A stretch of 64,000 bases of DNA. Source: an uncultured bacterium. GTDB taxonomy: Bacteria > Babelota > Babeliae > Babelales > RVW-14. The notes beneath the pieces were generated by a model. It was given only the letters and a program-made list of their open reading frames with translations, did no database searches and was not told the origin of the DNA. A program made the position numbers and the translations under genes. Shown in pieces: positions 41,145-49,705 of the stretch (within the stretch, counting starts at the first letter, position 1; each line of letters begins with the position of its first letter). The stretch lies in the NCBI GenBank assembly GCA_963759805.1, contig CAVXAT010000001.1, positions 1 to 64,000 of the forward strand, written 5' to 3'.

Positions 41145-41399
41145 CACAACTGTCCGAAGTGCTTTAAAAGCCATCTGAACGCTTGTTGCGCTCACTCAAG
41201 GGCGCTCGCCCTGAGTGCCGAGCCTTGCGAGGCGTATCGAAGGGTGCGCCCTAAAAACTTATTCTATCCGCCGTTGCGCTCTATCCTTCGATACGATTTG
41301 CTAAGCAACAAGTTGCTTGCAAATCACTCAGGACGAGCGCGATGAAAACCATACGCATCCGACGATTCAAAGCTACGTTTAACACTTCGGACAGTTATG
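41145..41399. mobile_element. 255-bp MITE with 17-bp TIRs and a 9-bp target duplication
   Basis: TIRs cacaactgtccgaagtg / cacttcggacagttatg. aacttgatt is repeated at 41136-41144 and 41400-41408. Confidence 0.8.
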
Positions 41400-41440
41400 A
41401 ACTTGATTCAGGATCCATGGATTTATGGTTCCTTTAATTT

Positions 41441-42400
41441 CTAAAGTTTTGATGTAACCTCTTTAACCACTTGCTCGATTGGCTTATCGCACAAAATTCC
41501 GGCGGAATTAGCGTGACCTCCTCCTCCAAACTGTTTGGCAAATTCGTTTACGTCTGTAATTTTTGAACGAAGTGAGACTTTCGTTTGCCCCTGTGCCGTT
41601 TCATAAAAAAACAGTGTTACGTCAATGTCACAGATCTGTGACATTAGGTTATTAAAGCCGATTAAAGATGACATTTCAATCCCAAAATCTTTTAGCTCTT
41701 TTTGTGTTACAACTGCCCAGGCTGCGTTTTTATTGGGTGAGACCTTTATACTGCTCAGAAGCTTTCCCCACAACATCAGAACGTTACAACTTTTATTTGA
41801 AAGTAGCTCAGTTTTGAGTTGAAATAAGCTTGCTCCTTGGTCCATTAACGTGGCTGCGATTTTTAAAGTTTTTGAGTTGGTTGATTGGGTGTGAAATAAT
41901 TGGGTGTCATAAAGAATTCCGAATAGTAGGCACTCTGCCACATACTGGTCAATAACATTAGCATCCCAAACTGAAAGTAGTAGATAAAGCTCCTCGCATG
42001 CGCTCGATGACTCTCCATTTACAAAATTAAATTTTCCATTAAGTGTATTGCTGGTATGGTGATCTATATTTATAAGAGGGACTGATTTGAAGGAATCCGG
42101 AAAATAAAGTCGCTCATAGTTTGCCGTATCGCATGTTATTATCAAATCAGGGCTTTGCATATGTTTATTAATTAAAATCTTTTTTGGATGTCTTTTAAAG
42201 TCAAATTCCGGTTGGGTTGGATAAACCGTTTCAACCTTTTTTCCCATTCGTGACAGGATGTAATCTAGCGCTGCACAAGCTGAAACCCCATCTCCGTCCG
42301 GTTGGGAGTGGGTAAGTAGGGTGATTTTATTTGAAGAATTGATTAATTCCCATGCCTGTCCTACGGATTTTTTATCATAGATTTTCATCAAAAACTCCAA
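41441..42400 (-). CDS. nrnA: DHH-family phosphoesterase (NrnA-like)
   Basis: HSQPDGD, IDHH, SLRSK and FGGGGH motifs. Confidence 0.88.
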   Translation of the reverse strand: MEFLMKIYDKKSVGQAWELINSSNKITLLTHSQPDGDGVSACAALDYILSRMGKKVETVYPTQPEFDFKRHPKKILINKHMQSPDLIITCDTANYERLYFPDSFKSVPLINIDHHTSNTLNGKFNFVNGESSSACEELYLLLSVWDANVIDQYVAECLLFGILYDTQLFHTQSTNSKTLKIAATLMDQGASLFQLKTELLSNKSCNVLMLWGKLLSSIKVSPNKNAAWAVVTQKELKDFGIEMSSLIGFNNLMSQICDIDVTLFFYETAQGQTKVSLRSKITDVNEFAKQFGGGGHANSAGILCDKPIEQVVKEVTSKL

Positions 42401-42916
42401 ATTTAAAAGATTACTTTAAAATAGAGACCCATAAGGAGAAGATTGTTATAAAATCCACGAACTATGTCAACAGTTTGTTGTGAAGAAAGAAAGTCTACCA
42501 AGCTTGAGCTGTCGCAAGGGTAAGGCACATTGCGTCCAAAACCTGCAAAAAGCAGCAAAAAACAGTGTTTTTTGGCGTAATTTAATTACCTGGGGCCTGA
42601 ATATCCGATCAAAACAGAGGTTTAAAATATCAAAAAATTACAATGTGAAAACTTTTATTGCTTGAGTTTGCCATAAATAATTTCTATTCACACCTAACCA
42701 AAAGCCGCATGGATACGCGTTTGACAAATTATAAAATATCTTTTAAGATTAACATAATGATATAATTTAAAATTGCATCATACACATATTACACCTGGTT
42801 CAACAACTACAATTTGAATTTGCATGAAAGTGTTTGCTCAAATTAGAACAGGGAATTAAATATTGAATTAATTTTTAGAATATTTAAATACAATGAGTAT
42901 ATGAAAGGTAGGAACA

Positions 42917-44320
42917 ATGTTAGCGAATGTTAAACAATCACAAAAAAAGGTGGGGGCCGAGGTAGGCCGGATAAGAAACTACAACGAAGTTGTAGATTAT
43001 CTTAACGCACTCACTTATGCCGAGTATAATGAAAACGTTATTACTCGCATGCAATTGTTAGACAAGATTTTCGATAACGTATCAAAAAAAATTGATACAA
43101 TTCTTGTTTCCGGAACAAACGGAAAGAGTTTAACATTGCACTTTGCTGCCAAACTTTTAAAAGAAGAGGGCTTCAAGGTAGGCTTATCTTACTCAAATCA
43201 TATTTTGACTTACAATGAACAGATTGTTTCTGATGCACAGCTTATCCAAAATAAAGATTTTGCCGATGTTGTTAATGAGGTAATCAATGCTGCCGAAATG
43301 AATAACATTAAGGCCACTGCGCATGAAATTCTTACAATCGCATCATTACTGCAATTCGTTAAAGAAAAATCCGATGTAGCAATACTTGAAGTACGATATG
43401 GCGGTAAATTTGACGCAACAAACATATGTAATCCAAAAATTGCTGCACTGACTCGCGTTGCTCAAGATGGTTTAGGTCTTCTTGATACGGATCTTGATAA
43501 AGTTGCATTTGAAATGCTTGAAACGGCAAAAGAGGGAACTTGGTTCATCTCAGCCGAGCAAAGTAAAATCAGATTACAAAAAATGAAAAATTGGGCTGTA
43601 GCTCACAATATTAAGTGGGCAATGCCGATACGTAAGCTTGCGGCTCTCCCATACATATACGAACAGTTGTTTGGAAGAGTTGCATCATTAGGTGAAAGAA
43701 TTGCCCAGATTTATGTCGAAGATATAAAAGGCAAATTTTCTCCGTTCTTGCGTGGAAACTTATTGATTACTCAACGTGGTCAACGCGGTCGTCCAACAAT
43801 TGAGGCAAAGCGTCAAGCTGAGCTCAATCCAGCTAAGACATTAAAAGGCTTCTGGACAGAACAGTTTGATTTACTTCGTGGACGCTTTGAACTGTTGAAT
43901 AAAGAGAAACCATCAATCTTGCTTGATAATGCAAGTAATATTGATGCCCTTGCAAACTTATACTTGGGCGTAAGATTACTGCATTACCAGAAACCCCTAA
44001 AAGGTCTTGCACTTATTATTGGATTTAGCAAAGCAAATGATTCGCTTGAAGCTATCAAGTTGCTTAGATACTTACTCAAAAAAGTTAGCGGTTCGGTGTT
44101 CTTTGTTTCACTTCCAGGTCACGTGGAATCACATGATCCAAATGAGTTGGCAAACATGGCAAAGGAACTTAACGTTAAAGTTAAGGGTTGCGCTTGCTTG
44201 GCTGAGGCAATCGAACAGGCTAAAACAGTTATCGATGAACGTGATGGCTTGATTGCAATCACAGGTTCACATGATCTTATCAGAGAGTTCTGGAAGATTC
44301 GTGGAATAAAGAAGTTCTAA
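42917..44320 (+). CDS. FolC-like Mur-ligase superfamily protein, divergent
   Basis: SGTNGKS, ILEVRYGGKFDATN, GRFE, LLDNASN and ITGS motifs. Confidence 0.75.
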   Translation: MLANVKQSQKKVGAEVGRIRNYNEVVDYLNALTYAEYNENVITRMQLLDKIFDNVSKKIDTILVSGTNGKSLTLHFAAKLLKEEGFKVGLSYSNHILTYNEQIVSDAQLIQNKDFADVVNEVINAAEMNNIKATAHEILTIASLLQFVKEKSDVAILEVRYGGKFDATNICNPKIAALTRVAQDGLGLLDTDLDKVAFEMLETAKEGTWFISAEQSKIRLQKMKNWAVAHNIKWAMPIRKLAALPYIYEQLFGRVASLGERIAQIYVEDIKGKFSPFLRGNLLITQRGQRGRPTIEAKRQAELNPAKTLKGFWTEQFDLLRGRFELLNKEKPSILLDNASNIDALANLYLGVRLLHYQKPLKGLALIIGFSKANDSLEAIKLLRYLLKKVSGSVFFVSLPGHVESHDPNELANMAKELNVKVKGCACLAEAIEQAKTVIDERDGLIAITGSHDLIREFWKIRGIKKF

Positions 44321-44334
44321 TTAATTAAAAATAC

Positions 44335-44396
44335 TTAACTTAAAAACTAAAAGCGGGATGTGAAAATTTACATCCCGCTTTTAGTTTTTAAGTTAA
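44335..44396. terminator. Perfect 27-bp-stem hairpin, bidirectional terminator-like
   Basis: ttaacttaaaaactaaaagcgggatgt / acatcccgcttttagtttttaagttaa between convergent genes. Confidence 0.75.
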
Positions 44397-44404
44397 TACA
44401 AATT

Positions 44405-45337
44405 TTAAACCGTAGAGCTTTTAATCTTGTTGCTTTGTACAGTTGCTTGGCCTTGTAAAACAATATAGTCTTTTTCTAAATTTCTCAGATAATCAAGCAT
44501 CTTTGCAGAGTACTGTGGATCGCGCAGAGCAAAATCTAGATTCGCCTGCAGTAATCCCAATGGGTTTCCAACATCATATCGAGTCCCTTGAATTTTATAG
44601 GCAAAAACCTTCTCGCCTGCGTAAAGCAGCGCTTGAATAGCGTCTGTAAGTTGGATTTCTCCTCCCACCCCAACTTTAGATTCTCCCAGAACATCAAAAA
44701 TATTTGGAGAAAGGACATATCGACCGATAAGTGCAAGATTTGAAGGAGCGTCGGATATCTTTGGTTTTTCAACCAACTCTTTAACTTGAAAGAGATTGGG
44801 GGAAAACTGTCGTTTGATTCCAATGACTCCATAACGTGAGGCATGTTCGATAGGAATCTCTTGTACCCCAATGACATTGCATTTTTCCTGATGTGCTATC
44901 TGCATTAGTTGCAAAATAGCTGGAACTTGGCTCAAGATTATCTCATCAGGTAGCATGACAGCAACATACTCTTTGCTTACAACTGTTTTTGCAGTCCAAA
45001 CGGCATGTCCAAGTCCAAGCGGATTTTTTTGTCGGATGTAAATGAAGTTTGTTGAATCAATAATTTTGTTTAAACCTTCGACGTAACTTAATTTACCTTT
45101 TTCTTTTAAAAATGAATCTAATGTAGAATTTGTATCAAAGTGATCTTCAATGGTTTTTTCTGATTTTCCTGTGACAACAACAAAAGTTTCCATTCCTGAT
45201 TTTGCGCCTTCTTCAACAATGTATTGAATTGCCGGCTTGTCCAAGATGGGTAACATCCCCTTGGGCGTCGTTTTTGTTGCAGGAAGAAAGCGTGTGCCAA
45301 TACCTCCGGCAGGAATTATCGCTTTTGTTACTTTCAT
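44405..45337 (-). CDS. galU: UTP--glucose-1-phosphate uridylyltransferase
   Basis: KAIIPAGGIGTRFLPATK, LGLGHAV, VEKP and GEIQLTDA motifs. Confidence 0.95.
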   Translation of the reverse strand: MKVTKAIIPAGGIGTRFLPATKTTPKGMLPILDKPAIQYIVEEGAKSGMETFVVVTGKSEKTIEDHFDTNSTLDSFLKEKGKLSYVEGLNKIIDSTNFIYIRQKNPLGLGHAVWTAKTVVSKEYVAVMLPDEIILSQVPAILQLMQIAHQEKCNVIGVQEIPIEHASRYGVIGIKRQFSPNLFQVKELVEKPKISDAPSNLALIGRYVLSPNIFDVLGESKVGVGGEIQLTDAIQALLYAGEKVFAYKIQGTRYDVGNPLGLLQANLDFALRDPQYSAKMLDYLRNLEKDYIVLQGQATVQSNKIKSSTV

Positions 45338-45368
45338 TACTCATTCTCCTTTTTACTTCAATATGTAT

Positions 45369-46436
45369 TTAAAATTGATTTAAAAATTTAATGTTACCAC
45401 TGTAAAAAAGCCTTACATCATCAATGTTGTACTTAAGCATTGCTAGTCTGGTTAGCCCAAATCCAAAGGCAAAGCCCGAGTATTTTTCAGGATCAATGCC
45501 GTTCAATCTAAGTACGTTTGGATGAACCATGCCACACGGAAATATCTCTATCCAAGTTGATCTTTTGCATACCGAGCAACCCTTCTTGCAAAAAGGGCAA
45601 CGCATATCAATTTCAAAACCCGGCTCAACAAATGGGAAAAATCCTGGTCTGATGCGAATATCCAAATTATCCGTCTTAAATAAAGTTTTTAAAAATATCT
45701 GAGCTGTTGCAAATAGATGCGAAATATTTATATTTTCGCCAATTAACATTCCTTCGCATTGCATGAAGACATAATCATGTGATGCGTCGGTTGCTTCTTG
45801 TCTGAAAGCTTTCCCTGGGGATACCACTGCCAATGGAAGTGGTTTATTTCGCATTGCGTGTACCTGAACTGAAGATGTTTGAGTTCTAAGTACCATATTG
45901 GGTAAATTTAGCCAGAATGTATCTTGCATGTCGCGTGCGGGATGGTCTTTGGGAACATTGAGCGCTTCAAAATTATACTCCTCGCTCTCAACTTCCGGTC
46001 CATCAACAACCTCATATCCCATTGACACAAAAATATCTTCAACTTCACGCACAAATAGGGTAAGTGGATGGAGTGTGCCATTTTTTGCATTTGGTTGATA
46101 AGCGGTGACATCAAAATTCTGTTTTTTAAAGTTTTCGGTTTGAGTCTGCTTAAATATAATTTGTGCTTTTGTTTGTTCGATGCTACTGTCTGTGTCAATT
46201 TTGAATTGATTTATAAGTGGGCCAAACTCTTTCTTCTCTTCTGCGGAAAAATTTTTGATTTGGCTGAGCAGATCAGTTACCATGCTTTTTTTCCCAAGAT
46301 ATTTAACTCTCAGGTCATCCAATGCTCGAAGATTGGTAACATTTTTCAGGTCTGTTTCGAACCCATTTTTCAAATTTTGAATTTTATCTTTTAAATCTGA
46401 CATATCCACTCCAAGAAAAGCATTCTCTTCAAACAT
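45369..46436 (-). CDS. pheS: Phenylalanine--tRNA ligase alpha subunit
   Basis: HPARDMQDTF, LRTQTS, FPFVEP, GMVHPNV and FAFGFG motifs. The start may be ATG 46403. Confidence 0.96.
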   Translation of the reverse strand: MFEENAFLGVDMSDLKDKIQNLKNGFETDLKNVTNLRALDDLRVKYLGKKSMVTDLLSQIKNFSAEEKKEFGPLINQFKIDTDSSIEQTKAQIIFKQTQTENFKKQNFDVTAYQPNAKNGTLHPLTLFVREVEDIFVSMGYEVVDGPEVESEEYNFEALNVPKDHPARDMQDTFWLNLPNMVLRTQTSSVQVHAMRNKPLPLAVVSPGKAFRQEATDASHDYVFMQCEGMLIGENINISHLFATAQIFLKTLFKTDNLDIRIRPGFFPFVEPGFEIDMRCPFCKKGCSVCKRSTWIEIFPCGMVHPNVLRLNGIDPEKYSGFAFGFGLTRLAMLKYNIDDVRLFYSGNIKFLNQF

Positions 46437-46487
46437 TTAAGCTTCTAAAATCGTAACACTTTTTTGTTTTTTTGCCACAAAATGTTT

Positions 46488-47552
46488 CTATCTAATTTTT
46501 AGAGTAAGTAAAGCGGTCAAGCAAAGAATCATGGAGATTATCCAAAAACGTACTGTTACCTTGCTTTCCTTCCATCCCTTTAGTTCAAAATGATGGTGAA
46601 TGGGAGCCATAAGAAATATTCTTTTGCCTGTTAATTTAAAATATGCCACCTGTAAAATTACAGATACGGTCTCCATGACAAATATTCCGCCGCTGATCAG
46701 CAGTAAAAATTCTTGGCGAACAATCAATGCAAGAAATGCCAGCCCTGCTCCCATGGCCAGTGATCCTACGTCACCCATAAAAATCTGTGCAGGATAAGTG
46801 TTGTACCACAAAAATCCGACCAGTGCTCCAACAAGTGTACATGCCAGAACTGTCATCTCAGCACTGCCGGAATATGGAATGAAAAGATAAGTAGCAAATT
46901 TCACATGTCCGGCCAGATATGCAATAAATGCAAAGGTTGAAAAGTTAAAAATCAGCGGGCCGGCTGCAAGGCCATCAAGGCCATCCGTTAAATTGACCGC
47001 ATTGCTTGTGGCAACTATGATAAACGTTGCCCATGGAATTAATAGAATGCCAATCTCCGGCATAAAATTTTTAAAAAATGGAACGCAGATGCTTGTGTTG
47101 GGGGACAGCATTAAATACCATGCCAGTGATAGTAGTAAGCCAAATCCTATCTGAAGTCTAAATTTTAAAGAGGCAGAAATTCCCTTTTTGTATTTGAGCT
47201 TATAAACATCATCAAGAAATCCGATTAGACCATAACCCAGAACGCAGATCAGAAATAACCAAACATTAATTTTGGTTAAATTAGTCCAAAGCAATGCATT
47301 TATTAAAAACACTGATATAACAAAGAGGCCACCCATTGTCGGGGTGTCGTTTTTGGCCTGATGCGATTCGGGTGTCCACTCGCGAGCCTTGGAGCGGAAG
47401 TTTTTTTGGCAAAATCGTATGAACCTGTTTCCGAATGCAAATGAGATTAAAAGTGATGATAAAAGTGCGCATATTGAACGTACGCTGACGTAATGAAATA
47501 CGTTGAAAAAACTGTATTTTGTCTGCAATGCTTGGGCCATATGATATATCAT
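46488..47552 (-). CDS. mraY: Phospho-N-acetylmuramoyl-pentapeptide transferase
   Basis: TPTMGG, NAVNLTDGLDG, FMGDVGS and MAPIHHHFEL motifs. Confidence 0.97.
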   Translation of the reverse strand: MIYHMAQALQTKYSFFNVFHYVSVRSICALLSSLLISFAFGNRFIRFCQKNFRSKAREWTPESHQAKNDTPTMGGLFVISVFLINALLWTNLTKINVWLFLICVLGYGLIGFLDDVYKLKYKKGISASLKFRLQIGFGLLLSLAWYLMLSPNTSICVPFFKNFMPEIGILLIPWATFIIVATSNAVNLTDGLDGLAAGPLIFNFSTFAFIAYLAGHVKFATYLFIPYSGSAEMTVLACTLVGALVGFLWYNTYPAQIFMGDVGSLAMGAGLAFLALIVRQEFLLLISGGIFVMETVSVILQVAYFKLTGKRIFLMAPIHHHFELKGWKESKVTVRFWIISMILCLTALLTLKIR

Positions 47553-47568
47553 AAAAATTCCGTCCCTT

Positions 47569-47645
47569 TGTCATCCTGTCTGTCGGCCAGACCCAGCCCG
47601 CTCGTGGTGAGCCTGTCGAACCATCGCCCATCGGGCGGCGGGCAT
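47569..47645. repeat. Family B/C palindrome cluster
   Basis: gcccgctcgtggtgagcctgtcgaaccatcgccc...gggcggcgggca matches 30890-30968 without the nested family A hairpin. Confidence 0.8.
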
Positions 47646-47756
47646 CTAATAAGTTAATAAAGGCTAAGTATAGCAAAAGTATTCTAATATCCCAAGTCGT
47701 GTTTGGTGCTTTTCAGACGCCCGTAGTTTCCCAACCACGGGCGATGATTTGATTTT

Positions 47757-49679
47757 TTATGACTTTGCTTTAATAAGTCTACGTTCAACAGTGGCTGCAA
47801 GAGCATTAATAAGCTCCGGCTTTACCTCACACAGCTTATTAAAAATTTCTGGATTTCTAGAAACAAAATCAAAAATTTTGTTATCATCAGGCGTGCGATT
47901 GCCAGATGTGCCATTTCCAGCTGCAGCAGGTTCTGTTTGTTTTGGAGTAGCCGCACTGGATGCATCTTGTTCAGTCTCAGAAACCCCCGCTTTAGATTCG
48001 GTGAGTCCAGATTCGCCGATTACTTTGGAAGCCTTTTCTTGTAAGTCACCTGATAAATATGGCATTATTTTATAAATCAGTCCGGCGGCTAAAACAGGAC
48101 TTGTTCGAGCCAACAAGAAAAATGCAGCCTCTTTAAAATTTTCAAATTTTCGGTCGAACGCATACTCCAGAAAATCTACCATTGTCTGCGCGGTTCCGGC
48201 ACCCACGCCTTTGAATTTTCCGCTATCAATCCAATTTCCGGAAAAAATTGCATCTTTAATGCTCGCAAAAAATCCTTTTTCGCCTACTTTCAGATCTTTA
48301 TTGATAAGACCTCTTGCAGTTTCTAAAATTTTCCCCATGTCAACCAGAGCTGTAAGCGCAGGATCTTTTGCGTCAAGTTCTAGAACATATTTTATTATTA
48401 ACTGTTTTACTAACTCTATTTTTGAAGTCTCAACATTTTGCTTAAGCTTGCTTTTTGTCATAATTATTAAGTCTGCAAGCAGGCACTCAAGTTCAAAAAG
48501 TCTTCGATCTGCAACTTGCGGTTGAAGTTTATTAGCAAAAAAATCTTGTAAGAAGGTACAGTACAAGTTAAAAAATTCACAGAACTGCTTGTTTGAGTAA
48601 AGTAATTCATACTTCTTACTTTCAAGAAATAGTTTGTGTCGGATCAGGAGTTCAGCTTTTTCCTGATTATCTTTAAAATTTAAAGCAGGCTTATAAAATT
48701 TAACAACATCGTTTTTTATTTTTATTAATTTTGTGAGCAAGAGTTCCAAAATTAAGTTAGAGCTGCTATTTTTACCTGACGTTTGCATAGAAGCCCTATC
48801 TGTTGCAAATGCGTTAATTGCTTCTTCGATTTTGTTTAGAAAAGAATCAACGTCAAGTTGTCCCCCAAGTTTTTGTGCTTTATAAAAAGTTGAAATTATC
48901 TCGAAGTACTCTTCAGATAAGACTACTTTTTCAGCATAAAAATTCTGGCTCAAAATTTTACTTAAATAATAAGCTTGTGCTGATGATTGGGTAATCCCAC
49001 ACAAAACATATTGAATAAGAGAGCTTTGTAATCTTGAGGGTAAACTTTTGAAGATAATTGATCTAACTGATTTTTCTGGATATGCCATCGGATGGATGCG
49101 CCCGGTGTCGATCAGAGAACCAAAAATTTTAAGCTTTGCTTTCTGCATCTCGGCAAAATCAAGGGGTTCTTGCAATACTGAGACTTTTGAGTCCTCAGAC
49201 GAAACAGAGAGAGCTTCCAAATTCAAGCAAGCGAACTTAAACCAGTAGATTACTTCACTTAATCTTTGGGCGTACCACGGTGCGTAGTCTAATCTGCTGG
49301 TTGTTCCGAAATCTGCAAGACTTTTGATATTGGCAATCTTGTGGTCAACCAAAAGCTTAAGATTGCTTAACTCTGTCTGATTCAATGAAGTCGTTTTGCC
49401 TAAAAACAGATAAGTATCAAAAATTGAATTAAACTCTTCTGTGATGGCCTGAATTTTTGCTTTTTCACGTTCAGGTGATGTATCTTCAGGAGTTTTAGCA
49501 GGAGTCGTGGGCTCGAGAGTAAGTTGTTTATCTTTTGCATTTGTTGGCTTTGCACCCAAAATATCTGGATTATCTGCTAAAAGCTGTTCAAGTTCGGGCT
49601 CAACTTTTTGAGCTAATATTGGTGCTGAAGTAATAACCAACCCTAAACTTATCACAGATATATATTTTAATATTTTCAT
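47757..49679 (-). CDS. Secreted hypothetical protein
   Basis: 640-aa ORF with a signal peptide and a ggagg SD. Confidence 0.7.
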   Translation of the reverse strand: MKILKYISVISLGLVITSAPILAQKVEPELEQLLADNPDILGAKPTNAKDKQLTLEPTTPAKTPEDTSPEREKAKIQAITEEFNSIFDTYLFLGKTTSLNQTELSNLKLLVDHKIANIKSLADFGTTSRLDYAPWYAQRLSEVIYWFKFACLNLEALSVSSEDSKVSVLQEPLDFAEMQKAKLKIFGSLIDTGRIHPMAYPEKSVRSIIFKSLPSRLQSSLIQYVLCGITQSSAQAYYLSKILSQNFYAEKVVLSEEYFEIISTFYKAQKLGGQLDVDSFLNKIEEAINAFATDRASMQTSGKNSSSNLILELLLTKLIKIKNDVVKFYKPALNFKDNQEKAELLIRHKLFLESKKYELLYSNKQFCEFFNLYCTFLQDFFANKLQPQVADRRLFELECLLADLIIMTKSKLKQNVETSKIELVKQLIIKYVLELDAKDPALTALVDMGKILETARGLINKDLKVGEKGFFASIKDAIFSGNWIDSGKFKGVGAGTAQTMVDFLEYAFDRKFENFKEAAFFLLARTSPVLAAGLIYKIMPYLSGDLQEKASKVIGESGLTESKAGVSETEQDASSAATPKQTEPAAAGNGTSGNRTPDDNKIFDFVSRNPEIFNKLCEVKPELINALAATVERRLIKAKS

Positions 49680-49705
49680 GTAAATTTACCTCCAAGCCAA
49701 ACAGG

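Noticed and set aside
42400..42916. Long AT-rich intergenic region as oriC or ncRNA
   Set aside because: No DnaA-box cluster or recognisable structure. It is consistent with divergent promoters.
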